A DNA stretch of 62,788 nt, filler included, from Rhabdomonas costata (taxonomy: Eukaryota): the NCBI GenBank assembly GCA_019059605.1. It is 32 parts of 32 records of this genome, joined end to end, with 100 filler letters (N's around TTAATTAATTAA, not from the genome) between each part and the next. Parts side by side here need not be neighbours in the genome. Positions count along the whole stretch, not along the records: positions 1 to 1,864 come from JAHMHO010007999.1; positions 1,965 to 3,830 come from JAHMHO010008000.1; positions 3,931 to 5,796 come from JAHMHO010008001.1; positions 5,897 to 7,762 come from JAHMHO010008002.1; positions 7,863 to 9,729 come from JAHMHO010008003.1; positions 9,830 to 11,695 come from JAHMHO010008004.1; 26 more parts are not named here. One strand, written 5' to 3'. The notes under the pieces are model-generated. The model saw only the letters and a list, made by a program, of their open reading frames with translations, was not told the origin of the DNA and did not search any database. The position numbers and the translations under genes are program-made. Below are positions 1-11,314 of this stretch, one piece after another (the stretch's first letter is position 1; the number at the start of each line of letters is the position of its first letter).

Positions 1-1864
1 GGTTTGTTTGTTAATAAAAAACTGCATCTAGCGTTGGGCGTCGTTCATTTGTGGTGCCAGCGTTGTGTTAACCCGGGAGTTTTTCCTAATGGAAAGCCGT
101 GTGGCTGACGAAGGGATCTTTGTACTGTTTGGTGTGGACACATGCTGTGTTCCCCGATTCATGCGTCCAGCGCAAAAGGTGGGAGCAAAAGGAGGAGGTG
201 ACTGTGTGTGAGCACACTGGAGATGGGACAAAGTGTTGGGTAGCAAAGATGTATGCAGTATTGCAAAGATAATAAACGGCCATAATCACCCCGGTATTCC
301 TCGAAAGATGTGGGGGGGGGGGAGGCAGTGAACCTGCAGGTGCTCTTGTATCCTTTGCCGGACAGGATGCGAAGCAAGACAGACTAACCGGCAGAGGAAC
401 AGAACAAAAAAAACTCGCTCGGAGTGAGCTGAAAAAACCAGTCAAAAAAGCAAGCACGCAAAAGAAAAAATGCGATGCACATTACGTGAGGGATTAAACC
501 AATACCAAGCCACTGACAGTCTCAAGCAAAACTTTCCACTTCGGTAAGCTTTCGAGGCATTACAGGACCCCCCTCCCATACTCAGTTTTGACCACAAACC
601 CATACACCCACACCCACACACCCTAACTATGTGCGCAAGTCATTCTTTGTTGGAGGTCTTTCTGCCACCAGCGGGCTTACGAATACTCTCCCGCTGCCTG
701 GCCACTTCTCGGGATGCTTGGTAGAGGTTTTGGGGAACTCATGGCGCATTACACCGGGGTTCCAGAGAGCTCCAATCCTCTGCGCGCAGTCTGCTGGAGC
801 TCACTGGGCTCTTTTCCAGTCTTTTTCTGCTCTGAGATCTTCAGGTAATCTTCATTTTGAACAAACAAACAAACACACCTCGAGTCTTTCTGCAAGACAC
901 ACAAACACCTCGAGTTTCGAGTGAAACCATCCAATCTAATCGAATGAAACTCAGCACAACACACAAGCCACAACCTCTGGCTGATCGGTTGCGCAAAGGT
1001 AGCCAGACGCAATGCAGGGCGTTTTGGAGCCCCTTCATTCCCAGAGCGACAAAAAACTAACTCTCCTTCTTCCTTTTGGGCCTTCAGGCGACGTGAAGTT
1101 GCTGATTTCGTTTTCTAAAACCCCATCCGTAGTTCGCACTCTTTGTGGCATATTTTCAATTGTCGTACAACAGCGGGGACCATCCGCCCATCAAAACGAT
1201 TGAAAGGAATGCCCAGAAAAAAATACGATAGAATTTGACAGCTTTGGCAGCGAACAAAAGATGACATCCAAACCCCTACGAAGAAGCACTGTAAGACACC
1301 GTAAAAACCCAAACCAGAAAAGGTCGCAGAGACAGAAGAACAGTCAGTCACACGACTCCCCGAACTAAGGGGCTTCCTTTCACTGTCTCAGGGCTCAAAT
1401 GGTGAGGAGTGGCTCACCGCCATTGGTGGAAAACTTGAGGTGAATCTCGTTGGTGCAATCTGGAAAGCACCAACGCACCCATCCGATAAGGAATAATATT
1501 CTGAAGCAGAGAAAAAAACAAAGAGAGAGATGGACAGCAACCCGGGGAGCTGGTGTCGCCATAAAACGGACACAAAGCCATCACCATCACCCGATGGCGA
1601 AAAACACAGCGCTCATAAAAGAACAAGTTCCGTGGTGCACAGCAACTGAAACATTCCCACGCTACTCCGAAACAGCTCTGAGCCCAATGTCTGAGTTGCT
1701 GTTGGGGTTGCACGCCACTCAGCATTAAGAAATGTAATGCATGAGAGCCCCCTGCAATCACAAAAGAGAGGGAGTAAGACAAAGCTCGTCCTGCAAGGCA
1801 GGCGCAATGCCCGCGCCCAAAACAAAACGACGCCACCCTCCACCCCCCCCAAACACACCCACAC

Positions 1865-1964
1865 NNNNNNNNNNNNNNNNNNNNNNNNNNNNNNNNNNNN
1901 NNNNNNNNTTAATTAATTAANNNNNNNNNNNNNNNNNNNNNNNNNNNNNNNNNNNNNNNNNNNN
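1865..1964. other. Artificial contig-joining spacer (first of 31, recurring about every 1965 nt)
   Basis: N44 + TTAATTAATTAA (1909-1920, stops in all six frames) + N44, repeated between ~1.86-kb contigs through 60824-60923. Confidence 0.99.
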
Positions 1965-2067
1965 TTTTTTGGTGATGCACGTGCAAACCCCCATAAGAAT
2001 AAGTGACAGGTGTTGAAGAACGTTGTGCGTCTTCGATCCCTCTGAGTCCATGCGTGCGGTGTGAGAC

Positions 2068-3635
2068 CTGGAAGCATCTGAAGCGGGTCATCTAACCCAT
2101 CCACCGAAAGATATGCGCTTTTTGAGAGACTTGGCGGTTGCGTCACGCTGAATGCGTGTTCTGTGAAAGGGACAGACACGTTATACCCGCCTGCTGCTGC
2201 TGAGCCTGCTGCTGCTGCGTGGGCTGCGAGAGGCTCAGCTGAAGAGCGGTCTCGGACTCAGCCCATGCGAAGAGCTTCTTAGTCTTCGGATCCACCAGGA
2301 ACTGCGTCACTGCGAGCGACAACGAGCGAGCATGACCGAAGCCGAGACCAGCTCGAAAGTGGAAGAAGACAGGAATCCCAATGTTTCTTGGAAGAGGAAT
2401 TTTCATTCGACTGTTCTCGAGCGACTGAGTATTGTTTAAGTGAGAACCGTTTCTTTCGGACTTCACCACGAAAGGGGCTGAATGCGGAAATTGAGAGGAT
2501 ATTAAATGGGATAACTCAAGTTTTCCCACCCATTCCCATTTAACGTGAAGCCGGCCATACATATATAACACTTCGACAACACTTCCCCAAATGGACAAAA
2601 TAAAGGTGGCGGGTGACAGGGCAGTGGAAAATCAAATAAGAAAGATGTTCAACAAACCACCCATACATAAAGCGAATGCAATAAAAAAAGGGTGTTCAAA
2701 AAAGTTCTGGGAAATTGTTGCATCTTCCCGGAGCTCAGCAAAGCAAGTGCCCACACACGGAGAGGTCAGAAACCTTCCCCAAGCCATGACCACCCCCCAC
2801 TGTGTGGCAACAAAGCACACACACAGCAGGAGGGGCAGGCCCCCCTCCGTAGGCTAAGATCAAGCTTTGGTCATCACAGCTCCGCAGTAAGAAAAGCACA
2901 AAAATGAAAACACATACAACCTTGCGCATCCGATGTCGACATGCATGAAGGTAAGAAGAACGCCCCCAAAATCTTCCATCTAATCGCCAACCTTCCTCAT
3001 CAACTTACTTCGTTCAAAAGCGAAAAAAAACATTCCCTTTGAAATACTCCTTTGACTTGCACCGGGTGCTTGGGAAGTCGTTTTACAAGTGTAACATCGG
3101 TTTTGTTTGCGCCACGTCGAGGCGCGATATCAGCAGAAAGAAGGAAAAATCAGCCGCAGCAATTACAGCACATCCCCAGTCCTGCACGCAGCGAAATGCG
3201 CTGCCACTGCTGTGAAAAAGTTTGGGACCAAAATCTCCTTTAACTCCCGAGCGGCAAGGTGACAATACATGCCTCCCAGGGCAATAACGAAGCGCAGAGA
3301 CGACATAAACCCCTATCTTCTAAACCAAATCATGCACTCGCTATTTCTGGTCTGCGGGGCGGAGTGATGCCTCGAACCTCACTGAGGACTCTTGACCCTT
3401 TCTTGGCTCGATTTCTGTCCATTAAGAATGGATGCCAAATGAAATTCTGGTTAAAAAGAGAAGGCTTCTCGTGCAATGGGATGCAGTGCAAGGAGATGGG
3501 AAAGGAACCATAGGAGAAGTGCTCCCCCGACCAGGTCTCCTCGGGCAGCTTCAGAAGGAGGAGGATCCGCTTCTTGATCCACTCCAGGCACTCAGGATGG
3601 GCCTCGGGGATCAGGCTGTCATCCCCGTCATCCAT
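2068..3635 (-). CDS. DNAH2: Axonemal dynein heavy chain N-terminus, DNAH2/inner-arm I1-beta-like (5' partial gene)
   Basis: Exons 3635-3509, 2309-2187 and 2091-2068 join by phase-1 GT-AG introns: MDDGDDSLIPEAHPECLEWIKKRILLLLKLPEETWSGEHFSY|VTQFLVDPKTKKLFAWAESETALQLSLSQPTQQQQAQQQQA|DDPLQMLP. The W-x2-EH-x6-F-x2-DP spacing matches the recalled DNAH2 N-terminus. Confidence 0.6.
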
Positions 3636-4593
3636 CTTTCAGAGGGATGGAGCGGAGCAACCCTTCGCGGCGGGTGCCCGACCGAAGGGCAGAGTTTTTC
3701 TTGGGGATATATGGACAAACACAAAGGGAGCAGAATTGCGAAAGAAGAGAACTGTTAAATAAAGGAAGTGACAGTGACAACCTTTTGAGATTGAAGCCGA
3801 AGAACGCTTGGGATATGTGCCCACAACACANNNNNNNNNNNNNNNNNNNNNNNNNNNNNNNNNNNNNNNNNNNNTTAATTAATTAANNNNNNNNNNNNNN
3901 NNNNNNNNNNNNNNNNNNNNNNNNNNNNNNGTGTTGGGGGGACACGAGCAGAATTTGGAGTGAAAAATGCCCTAAAATAGGACAAACCAGGCTAAATGGG
4001 CCAAAAATAGGGCAAAAATAGTCGAAAATAAGAGGGGGGGGGATGACCTTGTGGTCATTGCGAGTGGAAGTTGACTATTTTCTAAACTCTCCCTGAGATC
4101 CCATCATACCAGGGGGGAAACGGGAACGGGAGAGGACTTGTATGCGAGAACTCGAATTTTTGTCCAGTTTTTCCACAGTGATGGCCCCTTTTTAAATCGA
4201 GTTTTGTCATATAAATCGGTCCAAAAATGACCAGATTTCTTGGTTATGATACGTTCAGCGTGTAAACCAAAATTTTGTCTCGCAAGAACAAGCAGATATG
4301 ATGCAAATTAGACGAGTGGTTCACGCTGGCACTAAGCTGGACCTTTTAATGGTGCACCCCGAAAAACGCTCCGCGCCTTCGGCATTTCGGCATTTCGTAA
4401 CGCACTTTCGCATAGCAGGCTACATCGAAAACTGAGAGATTGGATAATCCGTGCGAAAAAAGGCACATTGCGCACCATTTGGGGACCAGCGGCATGAATA
4501 CAGGGGAAAAAGACTTGTAACTAGGCTCATCTTTTTTCGTGTCTTGCGGGGTGCGCCGTCCCGCTGTACTATTGGCACTCCGTTTGTGCGGGC

Positions 4594-5421
4594 ATGCCCT
4601 GTTCCAATTTTCGTGGAAAATTTTCATTAAAAAAATCCAGAAACCATGAAATATATCATGGCATCACTGTCGCTAACGTTCGCAAACACAAAAGGGTCTG
4701 CTTCCCGCTTTGGACAAATATAGCGCTTTACTGTCCAGCAGGTGATTTTTGGTTGTGTTGGTGGTTAGCTGGTAGGTTCTGTGCAACGTTCAGGGCTGGA
4801 TCGTCTGAGTTTGGAAAGGAGGCTGCTTCTCTTCTCATTCTTCATAACTTTTGGAACTTGGTAAATGATGTCGGGGGTGATGGGTTGCAGGCCATGCTGA
4901 AGGTTCTGACCCCAGCCCACGAAAACCTGTTCTTCAATGACCCGATGTGGTGCATTATGACTCTGATGGGCGGGTCTGCTTTGGATGTGCACCCGACGCA
5001 CACTGTGCTTCCTTGTGTTTTCCCTCCACACGCAACCAGATGAGTGGGTCATCAAAGCTAGTGCGCAATGCTGAGCGCTGGGTGGTCCGTAGGCTCCCCT
5101 CAAATGTGTGCACTGCAACATGGTTTCTTCATGGCGTCTGTAATTCATTACACGTCTTTCCAGCACATAGTGCAATTTCCGACGAACTTTTCGCCAATGG
5201 GGAGATGGAATATATTTGCCTGCGTCTTTGTTTGCAGTTCTCAACCTGTTTTGAGTGGGCATCATTTTGGTGCTGGTGCTTGGGGTGTGTTGCTTCCCAG
5301 ATGGGTCCCACAGCGGTTGAACCCCTCGCTGGACTCTCCTGCCACCGTCCTGAAGACAATTCGCGAGCAGGTTGTTGTGATGGCACGTGTGCGGGAGGAC
5401 ATTACAACTTCAGGAGTGTGA
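4594..5421 (+). pseudogene. Intronless decayed ORF of unknown origin
   Basis: ORFs 4594-5043 and 5068-5421 share one frame, broken only by TGA (5041) and TAG (5059). The region is TG/CA-rich and the translation is enriched in Cys/His/Met. Confidence 0.35.
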
Positions 5422-5547
5422 GCAAGGCCGAATACCGAATCGATTTCATTTCTTGCTGTTGGTACCCTGAGCTAAGTTGTTGATCTGCTTTTTCTTGGGG
5501 GAGGAACGGGGGGGAGGGGGTGAAAGCCGTCCGTTGTATTTCTCAAG

Positions 5548-5717
5548 CGATGACCGATATGACTGGAGGTTCCAGAGCCGCTTTCTCAAGGCTTTGTTGT
5601 TGTGCTCACGTACTGCTCTCAGGTTGCGCTTCACAAGTCCCGAGCGGCTTCCCTGGCGGCGGTCACGGTGGTGCCCACTGTTCCCGAGGCGCCTGGAGGA
5701 CCTGGTGGCGGGAAGGG
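5548..5717 (+). CDS. Possible internal exons of an unknown protein
   Basis: Exon 5548-5590 (DDRYDWRFQSRFLK) joins in frame to 5623 onward (VALHKSRAASLAAVTVVPTVPEAPGG) through a putative 32-nt GC-AG intron. Confidence 0.25.
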
Positions 5718-6332
5718 TTGTTCCGCTTATCCCCCGCACGCTGTTCGCTCTTCATATGTGATGTATTTTGGCTCCTCCCCCTGCCCCCACCCCCCCNNNN
5801 NNNNNNNNNNNNNNNNNNNNNNNNNNNNNNNNNNNNNNNNTTAATTAATTAANNNNNNNNNNNNNNNNNNNNNNNNNNNNNNNNNNNNNNNNNNNNGGGT
5901 TTTGTGGATGGATTTTTTCACTTCTGAGCTTCAGTTGTGTATGGGAGTTCGCTGCCTTCTGTCTGTGTTGTGAGGGCGGGCTTTTGTTTGCAGCCTGTTC
6001 TTCTATTTCTCCGGCCGCGCAATTGAGTGGCGCGACCACACTGGGGGCACGAGGCGTGCTCTGAGTCCTCAGGTGCGCTTCAGCCTGGCTCTCGAGATCA
6101 GTCGTGTCCTTGCTCTTGCTCTTGCTCTTGCACATTTGTGTGTGGTGTACTGCACTGACGGCTCCTAGCTTGAAAAACAAGCAAAGGCATCTTCAGGGAC
6201 TGCTTCACAGTGTTGTTCTCTGCCTACTGTCCCATTTCGGTTTGATCGAGCATGCATCACACAACGATTCGATTGAAACAGCCCTCCCATTTTTATCGAG
6301 TGCAACACCTTCCCTACTTACTTTACCCGAAG

Positions 6333-6733
6333 GACTTCTCGACGGGTGTGGTTGGAGACCACGAGATCTTCCAGGAGACCACCACCCACCCCCAGGCCGC
6401 GGCATCCACGGAGTCCCCACTGTCTGTGGTGGCGGTGATGGCAATACCCCGGGGGTTCCGCCCGGCGATGTACGAGCAGATCCCGGTACGAATCAGCACC
6501 TTAGTGAGCTGCACAGTCTCTACCCCCAGGCGGCAGTGCCGTCCATTGCAACATTCTCGGCCCACTCCTCACTCCCGGTCAGCGCGTACTCCTCCAGCGT
6601 CTTCCTCCCAGCGCAGCCATCCCTCAGCACGACGCCGGCGCCGGCCTACACGACGTCGACGTGGAGGGCAGATGCCCCGCAACCCTACGGGTCTTGGGGC
6701 ATGCTGCCCGCAGGGCATCCTCTCCAGCTGTGA
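6333..6733 (+). CDS. Last two exons of an unknown protein with a Ser/Pro/Ala-rich C-terminus
   Basis: Acceptor AG at 6331-32; exon 6333-6503; 26-nt GT-AG intron 6504-6529; exon 6530-6733 ends in TGA. The frames join exactly in phase 0. Confidence 0.55.
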
Positions 6734-8171
6734 TCCGGTGAGCGTGGGGTGGCTCCGCGTTTTTGGCGCAAGCTCTCCCCGTACAGTGCAGTTCCTTCCA
6801 GAAATATAGGCCAGCCTGTTTTTTTTGTGTAATGGGTATAGAACAGCGGTCCGCATTCCCGTTTTTATTCTTGTGGTTGTTTAGTTTCTTTGCTTGCGCC
6901 CCGCTTCGAGACTGGGCTGGCGACCTATTGGGGCTCTTGGTGTGAACCACCTTTGCAGCTTACCTGTCGGTTAAGGTTTGGTTTCTGTTTGCACGCTCGC
7001 GGGGTTGCGGGGTTGAGAAGCGGGGAAGGCGGGCAAGCGCTTTTTTTCTGGTGTGCTTCGATAATGCAGCCTGAGGCAGAAAAAAAGACAACGGTACGGA
7101 AAATGACTCGCAGTTCAGCCGTGAACACCTGAGGAACTGCCCAGTTAAGGACCAAGCAGCCGCCTCCTCCCCGCCGATCCCTCCTGCCACCGCGTGCCTC
7201 GATGGGAATTAGCTTCATGGGGATACAGCCACACACACACACACATGCGAAAGGAAAAAAGAAAAACGCATCACGGCAGCGCGTTCTGACCAGCACTGCG
7301 TCCCGCCACAGCCGGGTGTGCAGTCCGGCATCTTTTTGTGAAAAGCCATTCGTCGTGGACTTTCCGGTCGACAACCTAACCTTCCCTCTATCCAACAAAT
7401 TCCCGCCAACCTCCGACCGCAAGGTCAGTACCGGTTAAGAATTTCAAAATGGCCCCCGGCGTGTCCTGTAAATCCTGTTTCAACAAAACCCCCGATTATT
7501 TTGGCCAAATCGGCCTGTAAAAAGTTCAAATGGTTCAAATGTAAGACCAAACGTATCCTGGAACATCCTTCGCCGCCTTCAACGCTTGGTTTTAAACTCT
7601 GCGGATTTTCGCGCGGGGATTTCTACGGCCATGCCTGGTTTCACGGCCCAGATCCGTTAGTGTGTTTTCAAACGGAAATAGAAAAGCCATGTAGTTGTGG
7701 CTGGAGAATGTCACGAACCGGCTTGGTAACCGGCTACCGGGATGGCCGTAGAAAACCCCACANNNNNNNNNNNNNNNNNNNNNNNNNNNNNNNNNNNNNN
7801 NNNNNNTTAATTAATTAANNNNNNNNNNNNNNNNNNNNNNNNNNNNNNNNNNNNNNNNNNNNGGTTGGTTTTAGCTGGGCGGGTCTAGCCGCTTATGCCT
7901 TTCCCCAATCTCCCACCCAAAGAAAGGCTGTGAAAGGGGCACGGGACCGCACACACACACCCTGTCCTGTGTTCACCGCACTAACGCCGCACCCTTTTTC
8001 CACCATCTCCATCTGCTGGTGCCTCGGGTCTCCACGACTCTCGCGTGCGGTTTCGCTGTGGCTCTGGTGCACCTCATCTGCAAAAACACAATTAAAGGCG
8101 AAACACAACAAACAAAGAACTACCTTTTAGGTTTAGTTCAGCATTAATGAACTCACGCATTTTTTAAGAAC

Positions 8172-8689
8172 CTAATCATGGACCTCTCTCTGTAATTCTC
8201 GTAGTTCTGAGCGTTCAGGGGCACCAGGGTAGTCAGGACGAACTCTGCTTGAAATCTGCCTGACCTGTGAAAACTCGAAAAAAAGGTGAGAATGCAACTT
8301 TCTTCTTCCGGAACCCTGGAACACACCATGTGGATTTGTAATGCGGTCGGGTCATGTGCTGTCTACATCCTTACACGTGACCTCCATCCCTTGGCCTGGC
8401 TCTCTGCCTCGCCCGGGGTCTTCCCCACTGTCTCTCTCTCTCTCTGCTGGCCTTCCCTCTCTCACCTGTCCCTTCTCTTCTCGCCTTCTCGCCCAGCAGG
8501 TTGATGTATAGTCTGACCCATGGCCTGGCCAGGAGCTGGCTCACGAGGGGCTGAGCTTCGACTTCTGTCTCAGGTGACCCTTGACAAAAGGGCACTCTGG
8601 AAACCTCTGGAAAATGTCTGTGTTCCGCGCATGTGACTTTTCTACCATTTTTCGGGATGTGGAACACATGGGTGATCTGGACCGTTACA
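8172..8689 (-). mobile_element. LTR-like dispersed repeat, copy 1
   Basis: Reverse-complement homolog of 47323-47826 (roughly 80% identical by eye). Starts TGTAACGG at 8689, has a TTACA end at 8191, and homology continues ~19 nt further. Confidence 0.85.
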
Positions 8690-9427
8690 GTCTCCATTGC
8701 TAGGACGGAGGACGTCTTCAGCAGACGGCCGACGGCCGATAATTCGAACTGTTGAACTGTGAAAGCACCTTTCCCATGTAGATGTGGATTCCTCTATACA
8801 CTTGTGTATATGGTTTGTGTGTAACGTATAACACTCGTCTTCGTGAAACATGACATGATTCTGCACCAATTGTGTATGAGAAGGACACACCAGCTGGAGC
8901 ACCAGCACAACAGTCTGTGGCATACCCTAACCACTGTAACTCTTTATAGCAGATGGTTGCGACATTCTCAACTCTGGACTGAGCAACACTGGTAAGTACT
9001 TCAGCACTCAGTCAAGCCTCTCAAAGAGAAACTCTAAAGCACTAGGTAGCTTTGTCAGAGCTCTCCACACAACCCATGCACGCTGTGGATTCTCCACTCT
9101 AAAACCACCAACGCTGTAGAGCATCACCCTTCACCCACACACTCTCTCACACCGCTCCTCAGGACGGTTGGATCTCTCTCAGCTGTTGATTTGGCACACC
9201 ACGGGCGCAGTCTCGGTCTCGGGTCTCGCTGTGGAAGTAGCTCGAGGGAAGGAACTTCTCACAATCCTCTTATTTATTAGGCCTGAAATGGAAAACAAAG
9301 GTACAAACACACATGAAAAAGCATCAAAATCTCGTCTCCTGCCCATCTGATAACACACTCTACTCCACTTACCCACTTGTGGATAACCCACTATAACTTC
9401 CTATGTGTATAACCCAATGACTACACT

Positions 9428-9729
9428 CTACACTCCATCAATCTCTTTTCCAACCACATAGGAAAACACCGTGGCCCACCGCGGCCTTGGTCGAAGATTT
9501 CCTGTGGATCCTAAATACAATCTCCCATTCCACCTCTGGCATCTGATCGTCAGCTCTTTCAGGAAAGGATAGCATGGGGCTTCAACCCACTCTGGTGTCA
9601 CCAAAAGAAGCCGAGATCGTTCTCGACAGACCTTTGCCAAAACATGTGGAATGAGGCTCCAGGGAGGGTTGGCGTACAGACACACATCTGGGCTCCATCT
9701 GTAGGCAAACGCATTGCAGCCCAACCACC
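9428..9729 (-). mobile_element. Dam-like N6-adenine methyltransferase domain of retroelement (DIRS) type, 3' part
   Basis: Intronless: CNAFAYRWSPDVCLYANPPWSLIPHVLAKV...LLLVTPEW. This fits the DIRS MT pattern [DN]AF-x2-W...Y[AC]xPP-x2-LI-x2-VL-x-K...LVxPxW. Confidence 0.8.
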
Positions 9730-11281
9730 NNNNNNNNNNNNNNNNNNNNNNNNNNNNNNNNNNNNNNNNNNNNTTAATTAATTAANNNNNNNNNNNNNNN
9801 NNNNNNNNNNNNNNNNNNNNNNNNNNNNNGTTGGTTGGTTGGGGAGAATGGATGGACGCTCCTCCCTCCCAGAAAAAAGTTTTCGAGAGCTGTCCACCCT
9901 CAAAAATGAGATCGAGCGAGCTGGGGCCTTTTGTTCAATGTTTTGGGGCCTTTTGCGCGCCCAGGCCACGCCCCCGCACACCGCTGGGGAAGCGTCAGCC
10001 AGGCTCGTCAACCGCGGGGTCCCCTCTCGGCGTGGCTGGCACAAAAGGTGCCTTTCCAACTGTGCCAATCCTATCCCTTCCCTTTCCCCTGCTCTGCTGC
10101 CGTGCATGTTTTCCCTCTATAATGAAACGTGACAGAAATCAAAGGCGGTGTCGCAAAACGCAAAGAAAACGGTAAGGAAAAAGATACGCGGGCCTCTTAT
10201 CTTACTTTTTACCCTGCAGGCCAGAGACAAAATTGCAGCCACAGCAACACGTCCAGTCACCAGACAACAGCTCCGCCCGACTTGGCGAAGCCTCCGCATC
10301 CAAATGGTTTTTTTGTGTCAAATTGAAGCAGTTCGGTGAAGTGCTGGTGTATACTGATCAAAACAGGTTCGTCAAAGTTGCCTGCGCCACCACTACTTCG
10401 TCCTTGACCCAGGGTCGCTCCCAGGTTGAAAAAAGGTAAATAAAAAAGCCAGCAGAAGAAATATAGGAAAGGAAGGAAGAAAACAAGAAGCAACGTGTCT
10501 GCATTTTGAGTCAGCCGTCAGCCGTTTTGCTCATTTAGCCCACTAGGATTCTTCATTTGCTGGGGATACGCCAGGAGGTTCGGGCGGGACTCGAGCGGGA
10601 CTTACCCTAGAGGAAAAAAGGTCAGGGAAAAATAAGAGCCTCTGTTATGTTTTTTCTCCTCGTATATTTTTTACAGGCACTGCGGATGGTGTGTGCATAG
10701 CTTCATACCTGGACAGGATCGGGTGGTGGGGTGGTCCGATGAACGTGCCTGGTCAGTGCGAATTTCATAGCATTTGCCGTAGCTCTCTCAAATTTCCCCC
10801 GCAAATTTACCTGCTGTATGCTCCCACTGAGTGGTGACAGGTTTGAGGAGATTAAGACCCATGCGGTCGTATCGTACGCGAATCCCTTGGCACCAGACAT
10901 TGTGTGGTTGCTTGCTTGGTGTGCTCAGTCATCACACATCAATAATGCCCTCATTCAATCATTCCTCCTTGATCAACCAATTGTTACGTGAAACGTGATT
11001 TTGGGGAGACACCTGCCAACTTTTTGGTGGTGTTTCCACTGCTTGTGCTATGCTTTTGGACGCAGCGGCCGTCCACCTGCCGACTACTCCGGGAGTTCCG
11101 GTGTATGGGAATATCTACGGGCTCCCTCACACGTCCGTGCTGCCTGCCCTTCCTCCCTTCGGTGTGTTGTCTTGCCCAGAAAGCCCAGAAAGAATTATTA
11201 TTTGGATGTTGGAGGTGTCAGTTGTTGGTTTCTCACGTTTGCTTGGTATTTAGGCTGATCTGAGAGAGGGGGGGAAAATAG

Positions 11282-11314
11282 GAACTCAAATCCACCCGAA
11301 CTCAAATCCACCCG
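11282..11314 (+). repeat. 16-bp tandem duplication
   Basis: GAACTCAAATCCACCC x2. Confidence 0.9.

Noticed and set aside
1909..1920. Regularly spaced TTAATTAATTAA as a CRISPR-like or biological repeat
   Set aside because: Always embedded in N44 padding; it is a synthetic all-frame stop linker. ORFs ending in X...LIN are artefacts.
5041..5061. Alternative genetic code or stop readthrough
   Set aside because: Host genes here terminate with TGA, TAA and TAG, and their exons lack internal stops. Pseudogenisation is simpler.
7615..7760. Short inverted repeat near the contig end as transposon TIRs
   Set aside because: Only ~18 bp, imperfect, at the contig terminus, and no TSD can be checked.
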